A DNA stretch of 64,000 nt, taken from positions 1 through 64,000 of the forward strand of contig JAOPTT010000001.1 in NCBI GenBank assembly GCA_051531975.1. The letters are read 5' to 3'. The first letter of the stretch is position 1, and each line of letters opens with the position of its first letter. A program made the translations under genes and the position numbers. The notes beneath the pieces were generated by a model that was not told the DNA's origin, did no database searches, and worked only from the letters and a program-made list of their open reading frames with translations. This document shows positions 52,969-60,626 of this stretch, one piece after another. The DNA is from Spirochaetaceae bacterium. Lineage in GTDB: Bacteria; Spirochaetota; Spirochaetia; DSM-2461.

Positions 52969-53559
52969 CTAAGATTTAAGGAATTTATACAAAGTAGTCC
53001 GACTAATACCAACAGCACTAGCAACAACACTCTTTTGTTCCCCTAATGATAACAAAGCATTTATTTGTAATGCCTTTTGCTTTGTTATCTTTGTGGATCC
53101 TTTTGGCCTGCCAAGAATGACACCTCTCTCTTTAGCTCGTTGAATACCTAGCTTTGTTCTTTCACCTAACAGTTTAACTTCTCTTTTAGCTAAAGAGAGC
53201 TGCAGATCGAATATAAACTCTTCTTCTGCAGACATACCTTTCTTGATTGTTAGATTAGACATAACTACATAGATCTCAAGATCTTCTCTTACATCTGTTA
53301 TATGTCTTAGCAGCTTTAAACCATCCCTGGTGTTTCTACCTATCCTGGATATCTCTGTTACAACTATCTTTTTAACTTCAGGATTTATTATATGATCCCA
53401 GAGTTTCCGGTTCTCTAACTTGGTTTTAGATGCTGATACTTGCTCTAGAATAATGTCATTGAATTTCATATTCATCATCTCTTCGTATCGCTTAAAAAAA
53501 GTGCTATATTTATCTTTGTCCTGGTCTACAGAACTTACTCTACTGTATGCAATTATCAT
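52969..53559 (-). CDS. Small serine recombinase (resolvase/invertase family)
   Basis: MIIAYSRVSSVDQ catalytic Ser, EISRIGRN, ERTKLG...GRPKG, C-terminal HTH GISRTTLYKFL. Confidence 0.95.
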   Translation of the reverse strand: MIIAYSRVSSVDQDKDKYSTFFKRYEEMMNMKFNDIILEQVSASKTKLENRKLWDHIINPEVKKIVVTEISRIGRNTRDGLKLLRHITDVREDLEIYVVMSNLTIKKGMSAEEEFIFDLQLSLAKREVKLLGERTKLGIQRAKERGVILGRPKGSTKITKQKALQINALLSLGEQKSVVASAVGISRTTLYKFLKS

Positions 53560-53704
53560 ATGTTTTTAATTGTATAGCTGTTTTATTTACATGTATATTA
53601 CTATTTTGTTTAATTTAATCTCATGTCAGCTTATTTTTCTTACATGTTTCGGTGGTTTGACTCTGTTTGTTGTGTGTTCAGAAAAACGAACGATTATTTG
53701 GACA
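53560..53704 (-). promoter_or_regulatory. res-like site, copy A (putative crossover site 53675-53704 plus accessory sites)
   Basis: Minus strand TGTCCAAATAATCG-TT-CGTTTTTCTGAACA, an imperfect 14+2+14 palindrome ending 116 nt upstream of the resolvase ATG. Confidence 0.72.
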
Positions 53705-53763
53705 CTATTTATAAATAAAAAAGGCTATGTTCAGATAGCCTATAAATTAACTGATATTTTTTC

Positions 53764-53799
53764 ATAAGGATAAGGTCACCTGACCTACAAAGTAGGTCC
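53764..53799 (-). repeat. Conserved 36-bp hairpin element, copy A (3' end of module A)
   Basis: GGACCTACTTTGTAGGTCAGGTGACCTTATCCTTAT, 26/36 identical to 57430-57465. Confidence 0.5.
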
Positions 53800-53839
53800 A
53801 CAGTTATATTATGGTTTCTCTAGTTTTTAATATTGATAT

Positions 53840-54229
53840 TTATTTAAAATATTTCTTTCTTCTTAAGTTGTTTAAAAACAGTAATATAATAAAAACAATG
53901 AAATACTGAATATAGTTAATAATATAACCTTGACTTAACTCTTGCATTTTAAATTGATTAACTAACTTTGGAATCAATGCTAATAAAAGGTAAACAATGA
54001 TTGGGAGAATTCCGAATAGCTTCTTTTTAGAAACAGCAATTGCAGCTATCAGCAATAAGAGACCTAAACTAAATGATCTTACTTTAAAGAATAATGGCAT
54101 TGATTCAAAATAACTTGTAATTGGTTCAATTCCTAAATGAAACATAATAATCGTTGCTAAATTAGCAACAATATAAATCGAACTCATTATAAATAATAAC
54201 ACTATTGCTAGGCATGCTTTATTCCTCAT
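53840..54229 (-). CDS. Small 4-TM membrane protein, candidate immunity protein
   Basis: 129 aa, four hydrophobic helices, GGAG RBS; the immunity role is inferred from context. Confidence 0.65.
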   Translation of the reverse strand: MRNKACLAIVLLFIMSSIYIVANLATIIMFHLGIEPITSYFESMPLFFKVRSFSLGLLLLIAAIAVSKKKLFGILPIIVYLLLALIPKLVNQFKMQELSQGYIINYIQYFIVFIILLFLNNLRRKKYFK

Positions 54230-54449
54230 ATTTAATTTATTCTCCTATAAGACCAAATCCTTTAAACTTAGATTGATTTTCATCTTCAATTTTTGATTAG
54301 TACTTCTCACTTATTGGTGTTAGTTTTTCAATAGCAACTTCTTGAGATTCTATATTTTCATCATAATATTTATTACTACAATCATTCCCAGTTGCCGAAT
54401 CCAATCCGACTATTATTATTAATTGAACTTCATATGAAGTTTTTGTTTT

Positions 54450-54632
54450 TTATTTTTCTTTGGATTTATTTTTTTTAATATCAATAATAGATGTAATTAA
54501 TAAGCCAACTCCCAAAACAGCAAAAAAAATAGGTAAAGTATAATCTTTTAATTTAAAAATACTTATAGAAATAGCCGTTAATAATGCAACCTCTAATAAT
54601 ATTAGTAATATAATTCTATAAGCTTTCTTCAT
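54450..54632 (-). CDS. Small 2-TM protein, candidate immunity protein
   Basis: 60 aa; ATG overlaps the stop of an upstream headless frame (TAATG). Confidence 0.6.
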   Translation of the reverse strand: MKKAYRIILLILLEVALLTAISISIFKLKDYTLPIFFAVLGVGLLITSIIDIKKNKSKEK

Positions 54633-54746
54633 TATTTATTATTGAACCTCCTTTTCAATGATGATACTGCTTGTGTTAGGTATAATTTGTCCTTCAAGAA
54701 TCGTAATATTGGATCTACGGCACCAGCACCTGATAGATTCTTATTT

Positions 54747-55055
54747 TTAATCTGCAATTGCTGATAAACCCCGATTCATTTCTAAAGCTTTATTACATAA
54801 ATCAATTAAATTTGTAGTAATTAAATGCAAATTATTTTCTTTATAACTTTTTCCTAAAATCTGGATTTCATCTTTGAAAGTTTGTACTTCAGATGGTGTT
54901 ATATTCACATCTTCATAATATTCACTTAACTGAAGAAATATATTTAACTTAATTTCTTTTGCTTTTTGAATTAAATCATAGTGCTCATTGGAATTCATTC
55001 CAACTTGAACTTCTGGTTTTCCTTCGTTATCTAAAATAGCAATATCAAATGACAT
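54747..55055 (-). CDS. Small soluble acidic protein, candidate immunity protein
   Basis: 102 aa directly downstream of the Rhs-motif mini-ORF. Confidence 0.65.
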   Translation of the reverse strand: MSFDIAILDNEGKPEVQVGMNSNEHYDLIQKAKEIKLNIFLQLSEYYEDVNITPSEVQTFKDEIQILGKSYKENNLHLITTNLIDLCNKALEMNRGLSAIAD

Positions 55056-55094
55056 TTATTTTCTCACTTAGACTATATCTGCTGCCAATCATCA

Positions 55095-55184
55095 CTAAAT
55101 TTCCTCAATAAGTCCAGTAGGATCAATAAAATTAATAGGATTGTTTTCTATATATTTATCAAAGACGCAACCATACTTAATCAT
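55095..55184 (-). CDS. Unannotated 29-aa Rhs core-end mini-ORF (truncated Rhs tip), copy A
   Basis: MIKYGCVFDKYIENNPINFIDPTGLIEEI* contains the Y..NNP....DPxGL Rhs junction motif. Confidence 0.7.
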   Translation of the reverse strand: MIKYGCVFDKYIENNPINFIDPTGLIEEI

Positions 55185-55282
55185 TTAATATCTTAACCTT
55201 TTATTATTATCTGAGCTACCAATTTAAATTTATCAAGATTTAAATTCCGAGATGAGGTAGACAGAGTGATAATTATCGGAAG
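55185..55282 (-). repeat. Conserved ~98-nt leader of the Rhs mini-ORF, copy A
   Basis: About 88/99 identical by my alignment to 56759-56857 in inverted orientation. Confidence 0.9.
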
Positions 55283-55425
55283 TTAAGCTTCTCAATTGAA
55301 ATAAGACAATAGGATTGAGGGATATCCATTATTTAAATTAGAACATGTAGGGAAGAAAAGGATTCTATGGAATATTACCTTTGAAGGTAATGTGTTAGCT
55401 GATTCCAGAATATTAGGCATAGTTT

Positions 55426-56172
55426 TTATTCACTAATGTATTTTTCATTAATAATTACTCCTTGTCTAATTCCTATACTAATATTGTTTCCATTATCAAT
55501 TACATGACCAAAACTTTTTGTAGAGCCTATAAATTTACCTATGAATATGGATCTATTAGATTTAATAATTTCAGACCAAATTCCCGTAGTTACCATAAAG
55601 TCAGTATTATCTTCATTTAAATTAATAGATTCTAAAAAATCTTTTTTAAAGTTGATAAAATTTTTATTGTCAAAATTTGCAAATGGGTATATTTTATTGC
55701 CATTTAAATTGAGAAATAGCATTAGTAAATGTTTTAATGATTCTTCTCCTATTTTCTGAATAACTTTAGAAGAGTTATCATCTAATTGTAGTATCTCTAT
55801 ATCATTATTATTATACATAAATGATATAGAAATATTCTCTATAAGCGACAATGAAGATCTTGATTGTATTGGAATGTTAAGTAAATCATTATGAATATTG
55901 TTTAATTCATGAGGGATGTCATTTTCTTTTATATTTCTAGAAATATTTTCCATTGTTAAAGTATATTCTTTTTCATCATTTTCAATGATATTAACATTCC
56001 AACTGACTTTATGTTGTTCAAATGGATGTGTAAAAGGGGATATATTTAAACTAATGTAATACGCATCTTTTATAGATAATATATATGAGTTTTCGTGTGA
56101 ATCTCTTGTATTAAGTGTAGTACAAGATGAAATTACTAATATAAATATGGTTATAATATAACTTTTTCTCAT
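55426..56172 (-). CDS. Hypothetical lipoprotein
   Basis: MRKSYIITIFILVISSC lipobox; 248 aa. Confidence 0.7.
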   Translation of the reverse strand: MRKSYIITIFILVISSCTTLNTRDSHENSYILSIKDAYYISLNISPFTHPFEQHKVSWNVNIIENDEKEYTLTMENISRNIKENDIPHELNNIHNDLLNIPIQSRSSLSLIENISISFMYNNNDIEILQLDDNSSKVIQKIGEESLKHLLMLFLNLNGNKIYPFANFDNKNFINFKKDFLESINLNEDNTDFMVTTGIWSEIIKSNRSIFIGKFIGSTKSFGHVIDNGNNISIGIRQGVIINEKYISE

Positions 56173-56758
56173 TTACTTTTATTCCTTCATTAACCTACCC
56201 TGAGAAATAATTTAATATCAAAAATTCTGATGTGTTAGAACCTTAATAGGGTTGATCATGTTTATGTATTTTTTCTCACAAATCAATAAAAATTATTATA
56301 GCCCGTATAGTCTGCTCTGAATATACAAATAATTGCTTCTATTTTTTATTATATTCAAAATCGCATAATATAATGTAGCATCTATATATTGCGTTGAAGG
56401 CAATAAAGCTCCTTAAGATGAGTTTAAGTTTAACGTTGAAAGACTTGGACTTTAAGGAATTCAGTTTAAAGAAGTGTGTTCTAACGAATCTTAATCTTTA
56501 GGTTACTATAAAACAAAAAGTTTTAGCCTTACCCAGTAGAACAGAAGACTGGTTCTTTTGTGAAATTTTACCGAACTATTGACTTCGTTTATTGTCTTAA
56601 TTGCTAATCGTTTGGGTTATTTATACATAGGGCTGTTATACCTTCAACTAAACTAAGTTCACAACGAATAAACCGTATTCTGATCTTTCCCAAAGGGCAT
56701 TCCCTCGCTATGTGGGGTAATAGCTATACAACATACACATGCAGCAGTGAGACAGTTG

Positions 56759-56857
56759 CTTCCGATAATTATCATTCTGTCTACCTCTGATCGGAATTTA
56801 AACCTTGATAAATCTAATTAAGTAGCTCAGATAATAATTAAAGGTTAAGATATTAGA
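56759..56857 (+). repeat. Conserved ~99-nt leader of the Rhs mini-ORF, copy B
   Basis: CTTCCGATAATTATC...GTAGCTCAGATAATAATTAAAGGTTAAGATATTAGA. Confidence 0.9.
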
Positions 56858-56917
56858 ATGCTTAAATATGGTTGCATCTTGGATAAGTACATAGAAAATA
56901 ATCCGATTAACTATTAG
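56858..56917 (+). pseudogene. Rhs core-end mini-ORF, copy B (stops before DPxG)
   Basis: MLKYGCILDKYIENNPINY*. Confidence 0.65.
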
Positions 56918-56952
56918 ATTCATTTTAAGTTTTAGGCGCAGTACGCTAGGAG

Positions 56953-57387
56953 GTGAAAATGATACAACGACTGAATGTGAGTAATTTACTAGCTTTATTG
57001 ATGTTACTTTACTGTCTATTTATACCAACATTTAAATTAAATGCTTTGAACTTTGAGAAGGAAGCAATAGATAAGATTCATGTTGTATTTAGTAATGATT
57101 ATGAGAATGGTGAATCATATGAGTTTGATATAGAAGGATATGCCAAAGATGGATTTCTTTATATTCTAACGAAATCTAAGGAAACAGATTATTTACCATT
57201 AATGGAGTTAGATGAAGGTAGTTATATAATTAGTCTAATTTCTGAAGGTGAAATTATAGAAGTTTTTAGTTTAAAATTAATTGATACTTTTCATAGGAAA
57301 AGTAATAATATCTTTTATGAGAATCTTAATCTTACAAGCGTTTTGAGAAAGCATGTAATCAAAGTTTTGACAAATAAAAAACAATAA
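56953..57387 (+). CDS. Secreted or periplasmic hypothetical protein, candidate immunity protein
   Basis: AGGAG RBS, N-terminal hydrophobic signal, 144 aa. Confidence 0.65.
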   Translation: MKMIQRLNVSNLLALLMLLYCLFIPTFKLNALNFEKEAIDKIHVVFSNDYENGESYEFDIEGYAKDGFLYILTKSKETDYLPLMELDEGSYIISLISEGEIIEVFSLKLIDTFHRKSNNIFYENLNLTSVLRKHVIKVLTNKKQ

Positions 57388-57429
57388 TGATTTAATATAA
57401 CAATTTTACTATAAGAGTCCGGTGGAATA

Positions 57430-57465
57430 GAACCTACTCAATAGGTCAGTTAGCCTTGCCTTTAT
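57430..57465 (+). repeat. Conserved 36-bp hairpin element, copy B (3' end of module B)
   Basis: GAACCTACTCAATAGGTCAGTTAGCCTTGCCTTTAT. Confidence 0.5.
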
Positions 57466-57483
57466 AGCTTTGAATTAAGTTTA

Positions 57484-58020
57484 CTATCTAAATTGCAGTC
57501 TATATGGTTTATTTAAATCCTTAATATAATATTTGATTGATGTAATCCTATGATTTTTTATTATAAAACTTTTTGTTGTTTTTCTTTCTTTAATTGAATA
57601 CGACATACCTTCATTATTAAGTTTGTTTAGGATAAAATTCCAACTAGAATCTGTTGAAATATTAAATTCATCAATAAGAAAATCGAATTCAAAATCATCA
57701 TTTGTGTTATAGAATTGAAACATAACTGAACCTATTTTTTTAGTACCTTCTGGAACATAAAAATTTAATCTATAATCATCAAAGTAATAACCAATAGATT
57801 TTGGAATAGATTCAATTTCGTATCCAATATCAATTGATTTACAAACCTCTTCGATGTCAGAACCTAATAATATAGTCTTCTCTTGATAAGTAAAGTTCTC
57901 ACCTTCAACTTTAAAGTCATACTTTTCATTACAACTTACTGTTGAGATAAATACTATAGTAATTAATAATCCACCTAAAACTCTTTTTAATTCCACATAT
58001 AACTCCTTTATTTGGGACAA
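57484..58020 (-). CDS. Hypothetical lipoprotein (likely GTG start near 57996)
   Basis: AAGGAG RBS, then VELKRVLGGLLITIVFISTVSC lipobox. Confidence 0.65.
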   Translation of the reverse strand: MSQIKELYVELKRVLGGLLITIVFISTVSCNEKYDFKVEGENFTYQEKTILLGSDIEEVCKSIDIGYEIESIPKSIGYYFDDYRLNFYVPEGTKKIGSVMFQFYNTNDDFEFDFLIDEFNISTDSSWNFILNKLNNEGMSYSIKERKTTKSFIIKNHRITSIKYYIKDLNKPYRLQFR

Positions 58021-58084
58021 TCACTATTGTCATATTCTTTTAAACTTCTTTGGAAGATTCCTGTAGTAAAAATCTTTTATATTA

Positions 58085-59116
58085 TTAGTCTAGTATTCCA
58101 AATTCCTCATTATCCTCAGTAAGACTAATAGTCTCAGTAGACTTAAAATCATTATAGTACTTTTTATCAAATTCAATTTCAGGATTATTGCCTTCTTTAA
58201 TCCAGGTAATTTCACTCTCAAAAATATTATTTATATATTTATTTGCTTTTACTAGTTCTTTATTTAACTCTTTATTTATTCTTTTTAGTTTATCATCATT
58301 ATTACCATTCACTTTTACACCTGTAACTTTTTGCATAGATAATGTTAGAGCTGCAATTTCTTTATAGTATTCTTTTATTTTACTTTTGTTACTATAATTA
58401 CTTGCCATTAAATAACTTCTAGCAGAAAGTAAGAAAGCTCCTTTTTCATATAACAAATCACCTAAAGCAGATAGTAAAATTGGAGAATTATAAAACCCAA
58501 ATTTTAACATTCCAGAGATTCCTATAATTGCCTTATTTCGCTCCTTTGAGTCATATTTAATACCATTTGAAACATAAATATCTTTTAAATATGAATTAAA
58601 ACTATGTTCTTTAAAATAATCATAAGTTATAACATTTGTATAATTAGTTTTTACTGAGAGAATATATTCGATAAGAAATATTTGGAATTGTTCTCTCCCA
58701 AAATGCGCATCAGGATTAATCTTTATTGATTCTTTTAGATACTTTAAACCTTCTTTTAATTGACCAGAATGTATATATATAGTCCCTAAGTTAGCTAAGG
58801 TTTCATATCTATTATTATAATCTATTAGTTGTTTATTTTGTAAATTTAGAGCTAATTGACTCTTCCCAACTTTATCATATGCAATGGCTAAATCATCTAT
58901 ATCATGCTGTGTATAAATCCCTGAACCAATTTTCTTTTTCCTATCATTAATTCTCCATTCATAAAATTCTGTAGAATGTCTTAAGAATTGTCCTGTTATA
59001 AGTTCTTGTAAACCTGGGAATGTTTGCTTTTCCATTTTAATTGTATCGTAATCCCAAGCACATGAGAAAATATTCATGGCTTTGAATAACAGTGTAATAA
59101 TCATAATTTTTTTCAT
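58085..59116 (-). CDS. Exported TPR-containing protein
   Basis: Signal peptide then CAWDYDT; TPR motifs DDLAIAYDKVG, YETLANLGTIYIH, INPDAHFGRE. Confidence 0.75.
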   Translation of the reverse strand: MKKIMIITLLFKAMNIFSCAWDYDTIKMEKQTFPGLQELITGQFLRHSTEFYEWRINDRKKKIGSGIYTQHDIDDLAIAYDKVGKSQLALNLQNKQLIDYNNRYETLANLGTIYIHSGQLKEGLKYLKESIKINPDAHFGREQFQIFLIEYILSVKTNYTNVITYDYFKEHSFNSYLKDIYVSNGIKYDSKERNKAIIGISGMLKFGFYNSPILLSALGDLLYEKGAFLLSARSYLMASNYSNKSKIKEYYKEIAALTLSMQKVTGVKVNGNNDDKLKRINKELNKELVKANKYINNIFESEITWIKEGNNPEIEFDKKYYNDFKSTETISLTEDNEEFGILD

Positions 59117-59136
59117 ATTTTGATTATATATTGTAA

Positions 59137-59281
59137 TGTAAAATTAATCGTTCGTTTTTCTGAACACCGAACTCAATAAGTTCGGGAGACAATATATGTA
59201 ATAAAAAACAATTACTATAAGATTAAACTAAACAAAAATCTAATATACATGTAAATAAAACAGTTATACAATTAAAAACAT
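59137..59281 (+). promoter_or_regulatory. res-like site, copy B (inverted relative to copy A)
   Basis: TGTAAAATTAATCG-TT-CGTTTTTCTGAACA; same 30-bp spacer length and same 116-nt distance to the ATG as copy A. Confidence 0.72.
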
Positions 59282-59380
59282 ATGATAATTGCATACAGTA
59301 GAGTAAGTTCTGTGGATAAAATACTAAAGATATATTTACATGGTAAATTTTATTTTGATTTTTATATGTATATTACTTAA
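59282..59380 (+). pseudogene. Truncated second copy of the serine resolvase
   Basis: MIIAYSRVSSVD is identical to the first 12 residues of 52969-53559, then unrelated sequence to TAA. Confidence 0.88.
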
Positions 59381-59516
59381 ACGAGACGCCTTCTTAGATA
59401 TTACTTAAAAAACTATATTATTTATTTTGTATATAACTAAGTATATTATCCAAAAACAGTTCTAAATGTGTGTATAAATACCGTCCATATTAATAGAATA
59501 TTATTAAGAGGTTATT

Positions 59517-59773
59517 ATGGCTACTAAAACTACATGAATAGAATTCAGGACAGATGTTAATAATAAAAAAATAATAGAAAAGCTGCAATACTAACCGGCC
59601 AAACATTATCATCATATATTTTGAATAAAACACTTGATTCTGCTAAAAAAGATATTGAAGAAATTGAATCTCTTCATTTAGCTGATAAAGATAGAGATGT
59701 CTTTTATTCTTTAATAACTAATCCTCCTGCTCAAAATGAAAATCTTAAAAATTTATTTAATTTAGAACTGTAA
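59517..59773 (+). pseudogene. DUF1778 (TacA/AtaR-type) antitoxin pseudogene
   Basis: MATKTT*IEFRTD..K.IIE/AAILTGQTLSSYIL...LHLADKDRDVFYSLITNPPAQNENLK; in-frame TGA plus a frameshift. Confidence 0.8.
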
Positions 59774-59775
59774 TA

Positions 59776-59978
59776 ATGCCATTAAATATAGAAATTGTAC
59801 CTGTATCTAAAAAGCTTAGAGCTATTAGGATTTCTTCTGATGTTGCTATAAAATTTATTATTGTAGATGCTTGAATGAAAAATCTAAAGATTTTTATCTA
59901 AGATATGACTTTATAGCATTAGAAGATAATCCATTAATATTTGTTATTTCTATAGATACAATTAAAAATGCAATATAA
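59776..59978 (+). pseudogene. GNAT acetyltransferase toxin pseudogene (internal deletion plus frameshift)
   Basis: MPLNIEIVPVSKK joined to ...VAIKFIIVDA/NEKSKDFYLRYDF..LEDNPL, the C-terminus of TacT/AtaT-type toxins. Confidence 0.72.
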
Positions 59979-60180
59979 TTACCCTCCTAATCAGTTACTA
60001 AATAGAAATCAATAACAGTAAGATCTACATTATTATCAAATTACATATTATACCTAAAGAATAATTATCTTAAATACAAATATTCACTGTCCAAATATAA
60101 CTAATATATAACTTTATTTAATTATAATATTAGTTTTTTTATATTAAAATATACTTATATTCTTATAAAAAGGGAGATAA

Positions 60181-60459
60181 ATGAGTTATATAATAATTAA
60201 TAATAAAAATGCTACCTCAGACAACACCCCACCGTCACAACATAAAAGTTGGCTAGAGTTTTGGGAAAGTAAAAAAGGTTGTAGTGCAGATAAATGTGAA
60301 GTTGAGAACTGTAGTGCAAATGCAGAATTAGGGGGACATGTTATAACGTATGGTAAAGGTGCCAAAGAATATATTTTACCCATGTGTTCTTCATGCCATA
60401 ATAAACCTAGTGGAGAGAAATTTAAAGCATGGGAAAGTTATTTAATATCTGTAAATTAA
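60181..60459 (+). CDS. Small Cys/His-rich putative zinc-binding protein
   Basis: GGGAG RBS; SWLEFWE...CEVENC...GGHV...ILPMCSSCHN. Confidence 0.75.
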   Translation: MSYIIINNKNATSDNTPPSQHKSWLEFWESKKGCSADKCEVENCSANAELGGHVITYGKGAKEYILPMCSSCHNKPSGEKFKAWESYLISVN

Positions 60460-60626
60460 TATTAATGAAAATAATAATTAAAGCTAGAGATTATATTTAT
60501 TAACAGAATAACTATTACTTCTCTTCGTATATTTTTCTTTCATCAGAAAAATATAAATTGCTTGTTATCATAAATGATCTCCCTTAAATTTAATAAAGTA
60601 ACTACATATTTAAAAAGAGGATTATC

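Noticed and set aside
42055..53559. One classical Tn3 transposon spanning tnpA, cargo and resolvase
   Set aside because: The right IR closes at 45055 and I found no further IR copy beyond the resolvase
53570..53767. 65-aa ORF on the plus strand
   Set aside because: Overlaps the res site region, lacks an RBS and has no coding features
56235..56280. Third Rhs mini-ORF copy (minus strand KYINMINPIKVL) upstream of the 55426-56172 lipoprotein
   Set aside because: Weak resemblance only, with no conserved leader and no DPxG
60088..60097. TGTCCAAATA as a third res site
   Set aside because: Only a 10-bp half-arm match, with no core or second arm
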